A stretch of DNA of 64,000 nucleotides, from the NCBI GenBank assembly GCA_963701315.1, contig OY969603.1:5911320-5975319 (forward strand). Reading direction: 5' to 3'. The notes below the pieces were generated by a model that saw only the letters and a program-made list of their open reading frames with translations, had not been told where the DNA came from and searched no databases. Both the position numbers and the translations under genes were made by a program. Source of the DNA: an uncultured Acidobacteriota bacterium (GTDB lineage: Bacteria > Acidobacteriota > Vicinamibacteria > Vicinamibacterales > Fen-181). Position 1 is the stretch's first letter. Every line of letters starts with the position of its first letter. Below are positions 47,726 through 58,541 of the stretch, in pieces.

Positions 47726-50700
47726 CTACCGAGCTAGGAAGGCTGGCGTCGCGTCGCCGCCACGCCAGAACTGCCCCGAGCCGGCCACGCGGGTCCAGTA
47801 GACGGCCTCCTCGACGACGATCGGCAACGGCGTCGCGTCGGAGCTGACGACCTTGGTCGAGAAGGCGTTGCTCACGATGTTGCTGAACACCGGGCCGTTG
47901 GCCGGCACCTGGTTGTTCATCCACAGCGTGCGCCGTGTCTTGGCCGGGATCACAATCGTCTGCGTGGCCGTGGTCCCCGCATCCGAGTAGGTGGTCAGCG
48001 TCACCGTGACCGGCGAGGTGTTGAAGTTCGCCAGCAGGATGTACGTCTCGTAGCCACTCATGGTGGAGCCCTCGGGCACGTGCCACTCGATGCCCTGCGT
48101 CTCCGCTCCCATCGCGGTCGAGCCCTCGGTCCACCCCGTGCCCCAGTACATCGAGCGCTCGACGACGACCGACGCCCCGCCTTCCGTGTGGAACTCCGCG
48201 GCGACGCCCGTCTGGGTGCCCGAGACCTGGTTGGCCAGGTAGAGGGTCCGCCTGGTACTGGGTGCCAGCGTGTAGCTGGTCGTGACAGGCGTCTGCGCCA
48301 CGCCGTTGACGGGGGCGAGGTTGTAGGTCGCGTCCACCGTCACACTCGTCGCATTCGGGTTGAAGAGCAGGTAGTAGGTGTTGAACCCGGTCATCGCCGT
48401 GCCCTCGGCGAAGTACCAGTCGGGGCCCGCCGCCGGACTCCCGATGGCGTCGTGGCCGCCGCTCCAGTTGGTGCCCCAGTACATCGTGCGCTCCGCGAGC
48501 ACGCCCACGGTGGACGTCACCAGCGCGGCGAAGTTCTTGCCGGCCAGCGCGGCCACCTGGTTGGCGGCCAGGGTCCACCGGCTCTGTTTCGCCACCGTCT
48601 GGGTCACGCTGGTGATGACACCCGTCCCGTCGTCCGCCACGAACTGGACGGTGACCGTCGCGTCGGTCTGGGTCGGGTTGAACACGATGTAGTACGTGTC
48701 GAACAGCCCGCCCGGCGTCGTCAGCCGGGTCCCTTCCGCGAAGTACCACTGGGTCGGCAGCGTGCCGCCCGCGGGCACGTACCAGCCGGTCTTGACGTGC
48801 CCCGCGCCCGACAGCAGGCCGGACGCACCGCCCCAGTACATCGTGCGCGCGACGTAGATGGGCAGGCCGGACGGAATGTTCTCGGCGGCGTCGGGCACCG
48901 ACTGGATGACGATGGCGTACGAGCCGGTGACCCCGTTGACCAGCGTCGACAAATCCACCGTGGCGCGGCTCTGCGCCGGGACCGTCGCCTCGACGAAGGT
49001 CGGCTGCGTCACACCCTCCTGCACCACCCACGCCCGGACCCGTACCGGGCTGCTGTTCTCGTTCGCGATGAGGTAGTAGGTGCTGAACCCGTTCGTTCCG
49101 CCCACCGCGCCTTCGGCGAACACCCAGCTGCCACTGGGCGCGGTCGCGGCCGACAGGTCGATGACCGCCGGATCGTTGACCGAGAAGCTCCACCAGGTGC
49201 CCGCGTCAGCCTCGCGCGTGGTGGTCGTCGTCGCCCGGACCTGCCAGTAGAACGTACCCGACCCAAGGCCTGACAAGGTCGCCGAGGTGGCCGTGCCCAT
49301 GTTGATCCAAGCCGTGTGGCACACGTTGTCGGTCGTGACGCCCACGCACAACTCGAATGCGGCGCCGTTCACTGCCGACCAGCTCAGCGTGACGGGGTTG
49401 ATACCGAGAGAGTCGCCGTTGGCTGGCGACACCTTCCCGAAGGTGGCCGCCGCGGTACCAACCGTAAAGACATTCCAGGTGCCGTTGTCCGCGTAGACCG
49501 AAGAGCCGCTCACCGTGGCGCGCACCTGCCAGTAGTAGGTGCCGGCCGTGAGCGTGCGGCCCGTCGCCGTGGAAGCGGCGTTCGACTGCCATGCGGTGTC
49601 GCAGGCCGGGCCCGTCGTCGTCACGCAGACGTCGTAGTTGGTCGCGCCCGTCGCGCTGCCCCAGTTCATCGGCACGTAGGTGGCAAGGCCCGTGGCGCCG
49701 GCGGCGGGCGCGGTCTTGGTGAAGGCCGGCGTCGGGACCGTGAAGCTCCACCACGTCGCGCCGTCCGCGTCGGTGGTGGTGGTCGAGGTCACCGCCCGCG
49801 CCTGCCAGTAGTAGGTGCCGGGCGCCAGGCCCGTCATCGCGACCGACGTGGCGGAGGTGGAGAACCATCCCGTGTGGCAGGTCCCGTCGTGCGAGGTCCC
49901 CACGCACACCAGGTAGCTCGCGCTGGTGACCGTGGCCCACGAGAGCGTGACGAGGTTGCCGGTCAACGCGGTGCCGCTGGCCGGCGCGCTCTTCGCGAAC
50001 GGCGGCGGGCCGACGATGAAGGTCCACCAGGTGCCGCCATCCGCGTAGATGAGGGAGCTGTCAACCGTGGCCCGCACCTGCCAGTAGTAGGTGCCGTTGC
50101 TCAGGCTGGAGAAGGTCGTCGCCGTCGACTGGCCGTTGGGCTGCCAGGACGTGCTGCAGGAGGGTCCGGTCGACGACATGCAGAACTCAAACGCGGGGGT
50201 CGTGCCGACCGTCGCCCATGTCACCGGCACGCTGGAGGTGAGATTGGCCGTCCCGTTCGTCGGCGTCGACTTGCCGAACGACGGTCCGGCCTGCGTGGTG
50301 AAACTCCACCAGATGCCGGAGTCGGCGTCCACCCAGGACCCGTTCACGTCGGCCTGCACCTGCCAGTAGTAGGGGGTGGCCGCTGCGAGCCCAGACACAT
50401 TGGCCGTTGTCGCCGTTCCGGTGGAGACCCAGGAACTGCCGCAGGTGCCGTTCGTCGTGCCGATGCAGTACCTGATACGCGGTGGCGCCCGTCGCAACGC
50501 CCCAGGTCAACGTCACGGGGACCGAGACGCCGGAGGCGCCGTTGCCCGGCGACGACTTGGCGACGCTCCCCACCGTCGGCTCGCGGGAGCTGGTCGTGAA
50601 GAACTCGTACCACATCGACGAGTTGCCGTTGTCGGTCACCAGGATCCATTGCGCCTGCGTCGGGTTCGCGGCGATCGCGGGGTTGAAGACCCCGGCTCCG

Positions 50701-53289
50701 CCGAGCGAGACGGTGAGGCCGCCGCTGTTGAGCGTGCCGTCCTGGTTCAACTCGAGGACCGCATCCTCGGCCCCGCCGGCGTAGGTCACCAGCGCAAACG
50801 TGTTGGAGACGGGGTTGTAGGCCATCCGCCGCAGCGCGTCGCCCCCACCGTAAGAGGTCGATACCGCGAACGCTGAGCCGTCGAACGAGCCACTGGCGGT
50901 GTAGCGTTGCGCGTAGATGCCCGCGGCCGACGAGTCTCCCGCGCCAGGCTGGAGGTAGAAGACCTGGACCGACTTGCCCGTGGCCGAATTGTAAGCGACG
51001 TCCCCTCCGTACAGGGACGTGCCGGACACGACCCCGTTCAGGACCCGCATGGCCAAGCCGATGGGGCCGGCACCGGTTCCTGCCTGCACCCATCGGGCTT
51101 CGATGAAGTTGTACGTCAAGGCCGAGCCCTGGTAGCCGACCAGGAAGCGGTCCGTCGTGGGGTTGTAGGCGACGGCCGACCGGTCATGGCTGGATGAGTC
51201 CGTCGTAATCGACAGGTCGCTGCCGAGGAGCGTCCCCGTGTCGCCGATGAGGCGGCCGTGGATTTCACCGTCGTTGATCTGCGGCCACGTGACCAGGTAC
51301 TGGTGACTGACCGTGGAGTAGCTCAGCCCCGGGCGGGTCTTCCACAGGACCCCGGCGCCAATCGCGCTAATGGAGAAGTCCCCCGAGACGAAGGTGGGCA
51401 CCCCGTTGCCGAGCGCCACCACACGCCCATAGAGGTCAGGGTAGCGTACCGTTGTTGCGGTTGTCCGACCACACCACCAGGCACGACCCGGCGCTCGGGC
51501 TGCACCAGACCTTGGGCGTCTGCGCGTAGACGGTGCCGCTGTCGATGCGGAAGGCGCTGGACGCCGGGGTCCCGTCCGGGCGGATAAAGACGCCCTGGAT
51601 GAACCCCTCGCCCGTGAGCGCGAGGTAGACACCGTTCACCGACTCATAGGCCACTTCCGGTAAGACCAGGCCCCCGCTGATGCCCTGCGCCTCAGAGGCC
51701 GACCCCGACCACGAGAGCTGCCCGGCCCCGGCGCCCTGCGTGAGGAAACTCCACCAGCCGCCGGTCGCGTCCGTCCAGGACCCGCTCACCTGGGCCTGGA
51801 CCTGCCAGTAGTAGGTTGTGCTCGCACTGAGGTTGGAGACCTGGGCCGACAGCGAGGTCCCCGCCGACTGCCACCCGGTGTCGCACGTGCCGCCGCTCGT
51901 CATCGTGACGCAGACCTGGTAGGCCGTGGCTCCCGTCATCGCGCTCCACGAGAGCGTGGTTGGAGTCGAGATCCCAGTCGAGCTGTTGTCCGGCGACAGC
52001 TTGTAGAATGACGTCTGGCCGACACCTCCCCCTTCACGCGTTCCCGACTGGACGAACTGGCCCCAGAACGACGAAAAGCCGTTGCTGGTCACGATCAGCC
52101 ACTGGGCCTGCGCCGGGTCGGCCGCGATCGCGGGGTTGTAATTCCCCAAGCCGTCGTTGATGTTGGTGGCGATGATGCCATTGTCGACCGGGGTGCCGTC
52201 ATGGTGCAGCTCGATCACCGCGTCTTCAGTGGTCGAGCTGTGCGTCGCCATCACGAACGTGTTCGTGTAGGGGTTGTAGTCGGTCCGCATCGCGTCGTAG
52301 GCGCCGTAGCCATGTGCCGTCGCGACCAGGAATGGCGTGCCATCCAACGAACCATCGACGTTGAAGCGCTGGGCATAGGTGCCGAGGACGTTCGGGTCTC
52401 CCGTCCCGGGCGAGTACCTGAAGAACATGAGAAGCTTCCCGGTCGTCGTGTTGGTCACAACGTCACCGCCCCACACGTCCGTCAGGGGTACCACGCCGTT
52501 CATGATCCGCAGGGCCGGTCCGGCGACGGCCGGCTGCGTCCCGGCCTGGACCCATCGCGCCTCCTGGAAATTCACTCCCGGCTGGGAGCCGTCATAGCCG
52601 ACTAGGAACCGGTCCGTCGCGGGGTTGTAGGCGGCCGCTGTCTGGTTGTGGAAGTTGCCGTCCGCCTGTATGGCGACCACACCGCCGATGAGCTGTCCGG
52701 TGTCGCTGACGGCCCGGCCACGGACGCTGCCGTCGGAGGTCTGCCGCCAGGTGACGAAGTACTCGTGGCTGGCCGTGGAGTAGGCCAACCCGGGCCGTCC
52801 ATCCTCCCACCAGACCCCCGCGCCAATGATGCTAATTGGAAAGTCGCTGGTCACGAACACCGGGGTCGATCCGCTGATGGACACGATGCGGCCATATAGG
52901 TCTGGAGGCCCGTTCCCGACGATGTTCCGGCCGTCCACCCAGACCACCAGGCACGACCCGGCGGCCGGATTGCACAGGGTCCGTGTCATCTGCGCGTAGG
53001 CCGTGCTGCTGTTGATTTGAAAGGGAGCCGTCGCAAAGGTCCCGCTCGGGTTGATGTAGCGGCCCCGGATGATGCCCGCGCCGGTCGTGGTCAGGTAGAC
53101 GTTGTGCGAGGCATCGTACGCGATGTCCGGCCAGCGGATGCCGCCCGCAAGCGTCGGGATGTTGAACGAACTGCCCACGTCCGACACCTGCGCCCACGCT
53201 GTACCGGTGGCGACGATCGACAGGGTGAGCAAAACGGCCGCGACATAGGTACGGGCAACGGTCGCCTGGCGTAGATGGGCAACCAGCAC
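47726..53289 (-). pseudogene. giant (~1850 aa) secreted repeat protein: 2 propeller-like modules, 6 Cys-pair FN3-like repeats, 4 'WYFAEG' repeats; two frameshifts as assembled
   Basis: Three ORF-track pieces (51436..53289, 50187..51632, 47726..50497) join exactly at repeated sequence. SCLVVWSDNRNNGT/PDLYGRVVALGNG parallels SCLVVWVDGRNIVGNGPPDLYGRIVSISGS, and GATAYQV/CIGTTNGTC parallels GATAYQVCVTMTSGGTC. The shifts lie at gtac 51446-51449 (or the T giving the TGA at 51436-51438) and at cagtacc 50466-50472. The signal peptide is AAVLLTLSIVATGTAWA-Q. An AAGGAGG lies before GTG 53289. Confidence 0.7.
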
Positions 53290-53295
53290 GAGAAT

Positions 53296-53302
53296 CCTCC
53301 TT
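53296..53302 (-). promoter_or_regulatory. Shine-Dalgarno sequence (AAGGAGG) of the giant repeat-protein gene
   Basis: Plus-strand cctcctt at 53296-53302 is AAGGAGG on the minus strand, 6 nt upstream of the GTG start at 53289. Confidence 0.55.
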
Positions 53303-53736
53303 GGGCAGGACCAAGCGTCAGGAAAGGACGGCCGCCTCGACTCAGCCGCACCAATCGGTGTCTCTGGATTTTTCGGCGGAGCAAGAGAACTTCGGTAGCG
53401 TACCCGATGCGTCCAAGCCCGTCAACGCCTTTGCTCAGTGGCGGTTGCGGGGGCGCGAGCCGCGCAGCGCGCCGACGACCCGCCGGGCGCCTGGTGCGTG
53501 TGCACGGTGCCCGGGACCCGAGACCCACATCGGGTACAATCGACCGCGCGCGGGTTTTCGGCACCCGTGCCAATGCACTTCCTGCCGCCGGAATTGGCCA
53601 CGACGCAGGTCGCTCATTGGGTATTCGTTGGGACGCGTTTCCCGAGATCCTCGGCTCGCTCGGTCAGGCCAAGGACACACGGTCGCGAGAGACCTCAGCC
53701 AGGGGAGCGCCGCGAACGAGCGAGGGCATCGACGTC

Positions 53737-55356
53737 ATGACCACATCGGATGATCGGCGGCCGGCCCGGCAGTCGGCCTGGCTCCTGTGGGTGTCGCTGA
53801 TCATCGTCGTCGGCGCATTCCTAGTGCGGCTTCCCGGAATCGCAGAGCCGATGGGCCCGGACCAGGGCGTTTACGCGACGGTCGGGTGGGGGCTCCAGCG
53901 TGGCTTGGCCCTGTACCGCGACCTGTGGGAAACAAAACCCCCAGGGATCTACATAACCTACCTGCTGGGCTTTTCGGTGTTCGGGGCCCGAGAAGCGTCG
54001 ATCTTCTGGCTCGATTACCTAGCCGGCGCGCTAACAGCACTCGTGCTTTTCGACCTCGGCCGCCGTGTTGTCAGCGTTGGGTTTGGCGCGCTGGCCGCGG
54101 CGGTCTTTGCCATCGGCACGCTGCCTGCGGCTCGCCACCTGTTTGGCGGATTCCTCGAACGCGCGATTTCGGAGAAGTTCATCTCGCTGCTGGCCGCCGC
54201 CGCCGCGTGGGCCACGGTGGTGGCGGTGACGCGCACGCGCGACCGCTGGTCACTCGTGACCGGCGTGCTCGTCGGCCTCGCCGCCGTCTTCAAGCCTTTT
54301 GCCCTCGCCTACTGGCCCGCGTTGGTGCTGTGGACGTGGTTCGACAGGGACATGGCGCGTGCGCGCCGATTTGCAGCCTATTCCCTGGTCGGGCTCCTGA
54401 TCGCCCCTGCCGCGGCGCTGGCGTGGCTCGTGGCGAAGGGTATCGCCGGGGATGCCTGGGTCGCTCTCGTGGAGTACAGCCGGGCCTACCTCGCGGTCGG
54501 CGGAAGAGGCTTCGGTTTCGTAGTGAACCGATTCACCCACGAGGTCTGGTGGCGGGTGAAGACCGACGACGTGTGGGGTCTCGGAAGCCTGAGCGCCGTG
54601 CTGGCCTTCTGCGCCTGGCACTGGCGTTCGACCAAGCCCGGCCGGATGGCCTCGCTCGCCATCGTGTGGCTGGCGGCGGCGCTCCTGGCCGTCCTCTCGA
54701 ACGGGCCACGTCTGTTCATGACCTACTTCGTCCCGGCACTGGTTCCGCTATGCCTGCTCATCGCGTGGCTGCTCGACCAGACACTCGGGTCTGGACGTCG
54801 TTGGAGAGTGGCGGTCGGGGTCGTGGTCCTCTGCGCTGGAGGTGCCATGGCGGTGCGCTCGGGGTCGGTCAACCGGGCCATCAGCATGACGGGCTGGGAC
54901 GCCCGGTACCTGGCCGGTCGCACCAGCCGGCAGGAGTACTTGCGACGGTTCCAGTCGCGGGACTCGCAGGCGTTCTCTGCCGCCGACAACGCCCAGCTCG
55001 CTGACTACATTCGGACGCACAGCGGTCCGCAGGACCGCATCTTCGTTTTCGGGATGACCGGCGGCACGTATTTCTCGAGCCAACGGCTGCCGGCCAGCCG
55101 GTACCTGTTCGTCTATCCGGCGGTATCGAAGCTGGTCGACCGGCCGGAGTTTGACGTCAAGACGCTCGCCGGCCAGCTCACGCGCACCGCACCCCGCTAC
55201 ATCGTGCTTCAGCGGCACAACGCAGACACCTTTTCGGGCTGGCGAGCCGAGGACTCGTTCGCGGCTCCGCCCATGCTCGCCCTGCTCGAGGACTACCGCC
55301 GGGAAACGGAGATCGGGGATTTCGTCCTGTACCGCAGAATCGGCGGCCGTCCGTAG
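53737..55356 (+). CDS. GT-C-type membrane glycosyltransferase (paralog of 37381..38985)
   Basis: ATG at 53737 inside ORF 53275..55356. The sequence is AWLLWVSLIIVVGAFLVRLPGIAEPMGPDQGVYATVGWGLQRGLALYRDLWETKPPGIYITYLLG, compared with GGDQGIYAYVGQSILRGELPYRDAWDQKPPGIHLTYAAM in the paralog. It is polytopic, and the soluble C-terminus ends GDFVLYRR. Confidence 0.6.
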   Translation: MTTSDDRRPARQSAWLLWVSLIIVVGAFLVRLPGIAEPMGPDQGVYATVGWGLQRGLALYRDLWETKPPGIYITYLLGFSVFGAREASIFWLDYLAGALTALVLFDLGRRVVSVGFGALAAAVFAIGTLPAARHLFGGFLERAISEKFISLLAAAAAWATVVAVTRTRDRWSLVTGVLVGLAAVFKPFALAYWPALVLWTWFDRDMARARRFAAYSLVGLLIAPAAALAWLVAKGIAGDAWVALVEYSRAYLAVGGRGFGFVVNRFTHEVWWRVKTDDVWGLGSLSAVLAFCAWHWRSTKPGRMASLAIVWLAAALLAVLSNGPRLFMTYFVPALVPLCLLIAWLLDQTLGSGRRWRVAVGVVVLCAGGAMAVRSGSVNRAISMTGWDARYLAGRTSRQEYLRRFQSRDSQAFSAADNAQLADYIRTHSGPQDRIFVFGMTGGTYFSSQRLPASRYLFVYPAVSKLVDRPEFDVKTLAGQLTRTAPRYIVLQRHNADTFSGWRAEDSFAAPPMLALLEDYRRETEIGDFVLYRRIGGRP

Positions 55357-55448
55357 GTCCCCCGGCGAGGTCCTCCGGCCGCTGCCCCCGAACTCGCGGC
55401 CGTGCCGGTCTCGGCCGCCCTCCGGTTCCGGCTGGAGGGTGTGAGAAG

Positions 55449-56287
55449 TTACGGTTTGGCGTGATCCGATCCGAGGACAACCCTGGGCCGGCCCCTGGAC
55501 CACTCCGTGAGCGCACCACCAAACCTGTACCGAAGCAGGTGGACGAAGAACTCGAGGCACGCCGAGGGGCGCACGTGGCTCAGCCCGTTCGACCGCATCC
55601 GCGCGAAGACGTTCATTTCGAGGACCCGGACGCCGAGGTAGTGGGCCTTGATCATCATCTCCGGGTCGATGAACCAGTTCTTCGACTGCAGGTCCATCTC
55701 CGCGAGCACCCGACGATGCAGGATTCTTGGGGCTGCCGTTGACGTCGGCCGACCCGAGGCGCGGCCAGAGCAGCCAGACGAAACCGTTGTAGAGGACCGA
55801 CACGACCTTGCGCGTGACGCCGTCCATGCGGAAACGGCGTCGGACCTTGCCGAGGACGTTCCCGTCGGTGTGCTTGAGTACTTCGAAGAGCCGCGCCGCA
55901 TCCTCGGCGTCCACTTGCCCATCCGCGTGGATGATGCCGACCCAGGGCGCCGAGCAGACGGGAATCGACTGCAGGACCCCGTTGCCGTAGCCTTCGTTCC
56001 GCTCGACTCGGTGGTAGACCACCGGCAGGCCCTCGGCGACGAACCCCTTGATGACCTCGCCCGTGCGATTCTGTGGACCCGTTGTCACAGGCGACCAGCT
56101 CGAGGCGGTGTCCGGCTTGCGCGAACGCCTGCAGGAGGCGAGGGATCGTGTACGGGATCACGTCCTGCTCGCAGTAGCACGGCATGATCAGCGAGATTTC
56201 GGACGCTGCGTCCGCGCTTTCGCAGGCCGCTCCTGTGAGCGCGGACTGTTGATTGAACCGGTCGGCGGCGCCGGTCTCACTGGGCAT
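55449..56287 (-). pseudogene. GT2 glycosyltransferase (Dpm1/polyprenyl-phosphate-sugar-synthase-like), two frameshifts as assembled
   Basis: Three frames join. ISLIMPCYCEQDVIPYTIPRLL...LELVACDNGST is in frame 55655..56287. DRTGEVIKGFVAEGLPVVYHRVERNEGYGNGV...GIIHADGQVDAEDAARL...DVNGSPK is in frame 54748..56088. ILHRRVLAEMDLQSKNWFIDPEMMIKAHYLGVRVLEM is in frame 55449..55922. Deleting one T from gattc at 56067-56071 and from gattc at 55722-55726 restores a single frame. Confidence 0.7.
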
Positions 56288-56648
56288 CGCAGAAACCCAC
56301 CATCATCACGGGCCGCTGGCGGCGTCGCAGCGCAACGACGACATCGGGTGCGGAGGCCCACTGTCTCGGCAGACGCGGTGTGGCCCCTTCGCGTTGGGCC
56401 CTCGGCGGCTGCCGGGACGAGGAGGGTGATCGGTGATGCGTAACCCAGGCCCGTCTGCGTCGGCGCCGACAGTAGTCTATCAGACGGCCGCGTCGGCCGC
56501 GTGATCGGTTGCACAGATCCGTGGGAGCCGTGAAGCCAAGAGGCAGCGGCCGCGCCGGAGCTGCTGCTCGAACCGGCCCACCCGACCGCAGAGCGGGGCT
56601 TGCCGCGGAGGCCGCCAATCACCCAGAGACGATCAGCAATGTGTCCGT

Positions 56649-57437
56649 TCAGTAGCCGCCCGGACCGCCCTGGTTCTTGATGGGCGTCTGCGGTGTCGGC
56701 GGCGCGGTCGGCAGACCGGGCCGAGTGGCGTTGCCCGGTTGCGGCGCCTTGGTGGCGCCGGTGGCCGGAGGAACCTGCGACTGGTTGGAGGGGTTGCCGT
56801 ACGGGTTTCCGTACGGGCTCATGTACGGGTTGCCCTGGTTGGCGGAGCCAGGTGCGATGCCGTAGGGATTGACCCCTGGCGGCGCCGTGGGCGTCGTCGG
56901 CATGCCCGGCTGAGCCGTCCCGCCTGGCCCTTGGCCCGGTCCCGGTGGTCCCGGCGCCAGGGTCGGCTCGTCTTGATTGTCGACGACCGCAGCGGCCTGC
57001 GGCGGCGGTTGCAGCTGGGTCCCCCGGCTGAACGTGGGCCCCGTCGGCTGCGGCGCGGGGGCGGCCGCCTGGACGACCGCGGGACGAGAGCCGGGCATGA
57101 GCGCGATCCGGTCGTAGATCGATCCGGCGGCCTGGACAATAGGGCGGGGCGCGGCGATGAACCCCGGTGTGGCCCGGAGCAGCGTGGCGAGCGCGGCCTG
57201 CTCGGTCACTCCGTTCAGCTGCAGCGTCATCTCGCCACCCGGCGCCCGCTCGCCGTTGACGATGCGCGTCTGGCCAACCCGTCCCCACTCCGCGAGGATC
57301 TCGCTGAGGGTGGCGTTTCTGGCGTCGAGCGTGACCAGGCCGTCTCGGATCTGCAGTCTGACCTCGCCGGCGGCGCACGGGGACGCCGTCAGGGCCACCA
57401 CACACGCCGCGACAGCCGTTCGGTAGAGCAGCGTCAT
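56649..57437 (-). CDS. membrane-anchored STN-like domain protein with Pro-rich tail (paralog of 45065..45964)
   Basis: ATG at 57437 within ORF 56649..57506, with GAGG about 9 nt upstream. The signal is MTLLYRTAVAACVVALTASPCAA. The domain GEVRLQIRDGLVTLDARNATLSEILAEWGRVGQTRIVNGERAPGGEMTLQLNGVTEQAALATLLRATPGFIAAPR is colinear with the paralog. The tail is Pro/Gly/Gln/Asn-rich (NPYGIAPGSANQGNPYMSPYGNPYGNP). Confidence 0.5.
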   Translation of the reverse strand: MTLLYRTAVAACVVALTASPCAAGEVRLQIRDGLVTLDARNATLSEILAEWGRVGQTRIVNGERAPGGEMTLQLNGVTEQAALATLLRATPGFIAAPRPIVQAAGSIYDRIALMPGSRPAVVQAAAPAPQPTGPTFSRGTQLQPPPQAAAVVDNQDEPTLAPGPPGPGQGPGGTAQPGMPTTPTAPPGVNPYGIAPGSANQGNPYMSPYGNPYGNPSNQSQVPPATGATKAPQPGNATRPGLPTAPPTPQTPIKNQGGPGGY

Positions 57438-57569
57438 CTCTCGCCTCACCGCGGTCCCAGTATAGCGCCCCGCCGCGGGCACTCCAACCTCGGCGCGACC
57501 ACGCACCAGGTTGGCCCCCTCCGGGACCAGGGCCGCCCCGGCGCGGATCCACGGGCTTGGCCGGAGGGC

Positions 57570-58524
57570 TCAGAGACCGATAATCTTCCCAATCCAGAGC
57601 GGGGAGTCCTTGCGGGGGAGGTCGCAGCCCTGACAGATTCTGGGGCCCGCCGTGCTCGAGATGCTCCCGTCGCACCCGCCGGTAGGCGTCGCCTTCCCAG
57701 ATCTCGAGCAGCGTCGACTCGCGCGCGTCCCCGAGGATGACGCGACCATCGAAGTCGGCGCAGCAGAGCGAGACACGGCCGTCCCACAGGACCGTGAGCG
57801 TGAGCCACGGGCGATAGCAGGGGTAGCGGACGGCGCTCTCCCGGTTGAGCGTGCCCGCCCAGTTGTGGAGGTCCGTGACGTGGATCTTGTCGGCGATGGT
57901 CCGCCAGTGATCGATGAACGCCTGCTCCTCGGCCCCGTCGCCCTGGCGCACGAACGACAGGATCAGCTTGGGACAGGTCCTGCCGAGCTCCGTCCGCACC
58001 CGCACGAGCCGTTCGATGTTGGCGATGACCTTGTCGTACTTGAGGCCCACGCGCGTCCGCTCGAACACGTCGCGCCCGGCCGCGTCCACGCTGATGTTGA
58101 TGGCGTCCAGGCCGGCTGCGACCACGTCGTGTGCGACCTGTTCGTCGATGAGGGACCCGTTGCTGATTACGCCGACCTCAGCGATGCCCGCCTGCTTCGC
58201 GTAGGCGACCTTGCCAGCCAGGCCGCGGTCCACGAACGGCTCGCCGTAGTTGTGCAGCCGGACGTGCCGGATCCCAAGGGCGGCACACTGATCGACCACC
58301 CGGCGGTAGAGGCTCTCGTCCATCACGCCCTGCCGTCGGTGCATCTGGTCGCGCGGGCAGAACACGCAGCGCGCGTTGCAGATGTTCGTGCTTTCGATTT
58401 GGACGATCTCGGGCAGCCCCGGGGCGCGGTCGCGCCCGGCGCGCAGGAGGACCCGCCGGACCAGTCGGGCCCGCGACAGGAGGAGTTTCTCGACGCCGCT
58501 TCGGATGGATGTCCTGACGCTCAA
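57570..58524 (-). pseudogene. radical SAM / SPASM-domain protein, one frameshift as assembled
   Basis: The N-terminal ~295 codons of ORF 56188..58524 carry IESTNICNARCVFCP...PCYRPW...LCCADFDG...REHLEHGGP. The true C-terminus, ICQGCDLPRKDSPLWIGKIIGL, is in frame 57570..57776. Deleting one T of gattc (57636-57640) joins them. The remaining ~480 codons of the 778-aa ORF are read-through junk. Confidence 0.7.
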
Positions 58525-58541
58525 CGCCCCCGCGCCCTCCG

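Noticed and set aside
54748-55448. Part of ORF 54748..56088 (minus) that overlaps the plus-strand GT-C gene 53737..55356.
   Set aside because: Only the 55730-56070 portion carries GT2 motifs. The remainder is junk-like, and it overlaps a well-supported polytopic protein gene on the other strand.
56288-56648. 361-bp gene-free gap upstream of the GT2 gene, containing a tandem 9-mer (cggccgcgt twice, 56485-56502). Considered as a repeat or regulatory element or a hidden small gene.
   Set aside because: There are only two copies of a GC-rich 9-mer, there is no flanking structure, and all ORFs here are junk-like. The evidence is insufficient.
56188-57569. Distal ~460 codons of the 778-aa ORF 56188..58524.
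   Set aside because: The conserved radical SAM/SPASM sequence ends at the gattc site (57636-57640) and resumes in another frame with the expected C-x-x-C cysteines and a stop at 57570. The remainder is Arg/Pro/Gly-rich read-through that overlaps the STN-like gene.
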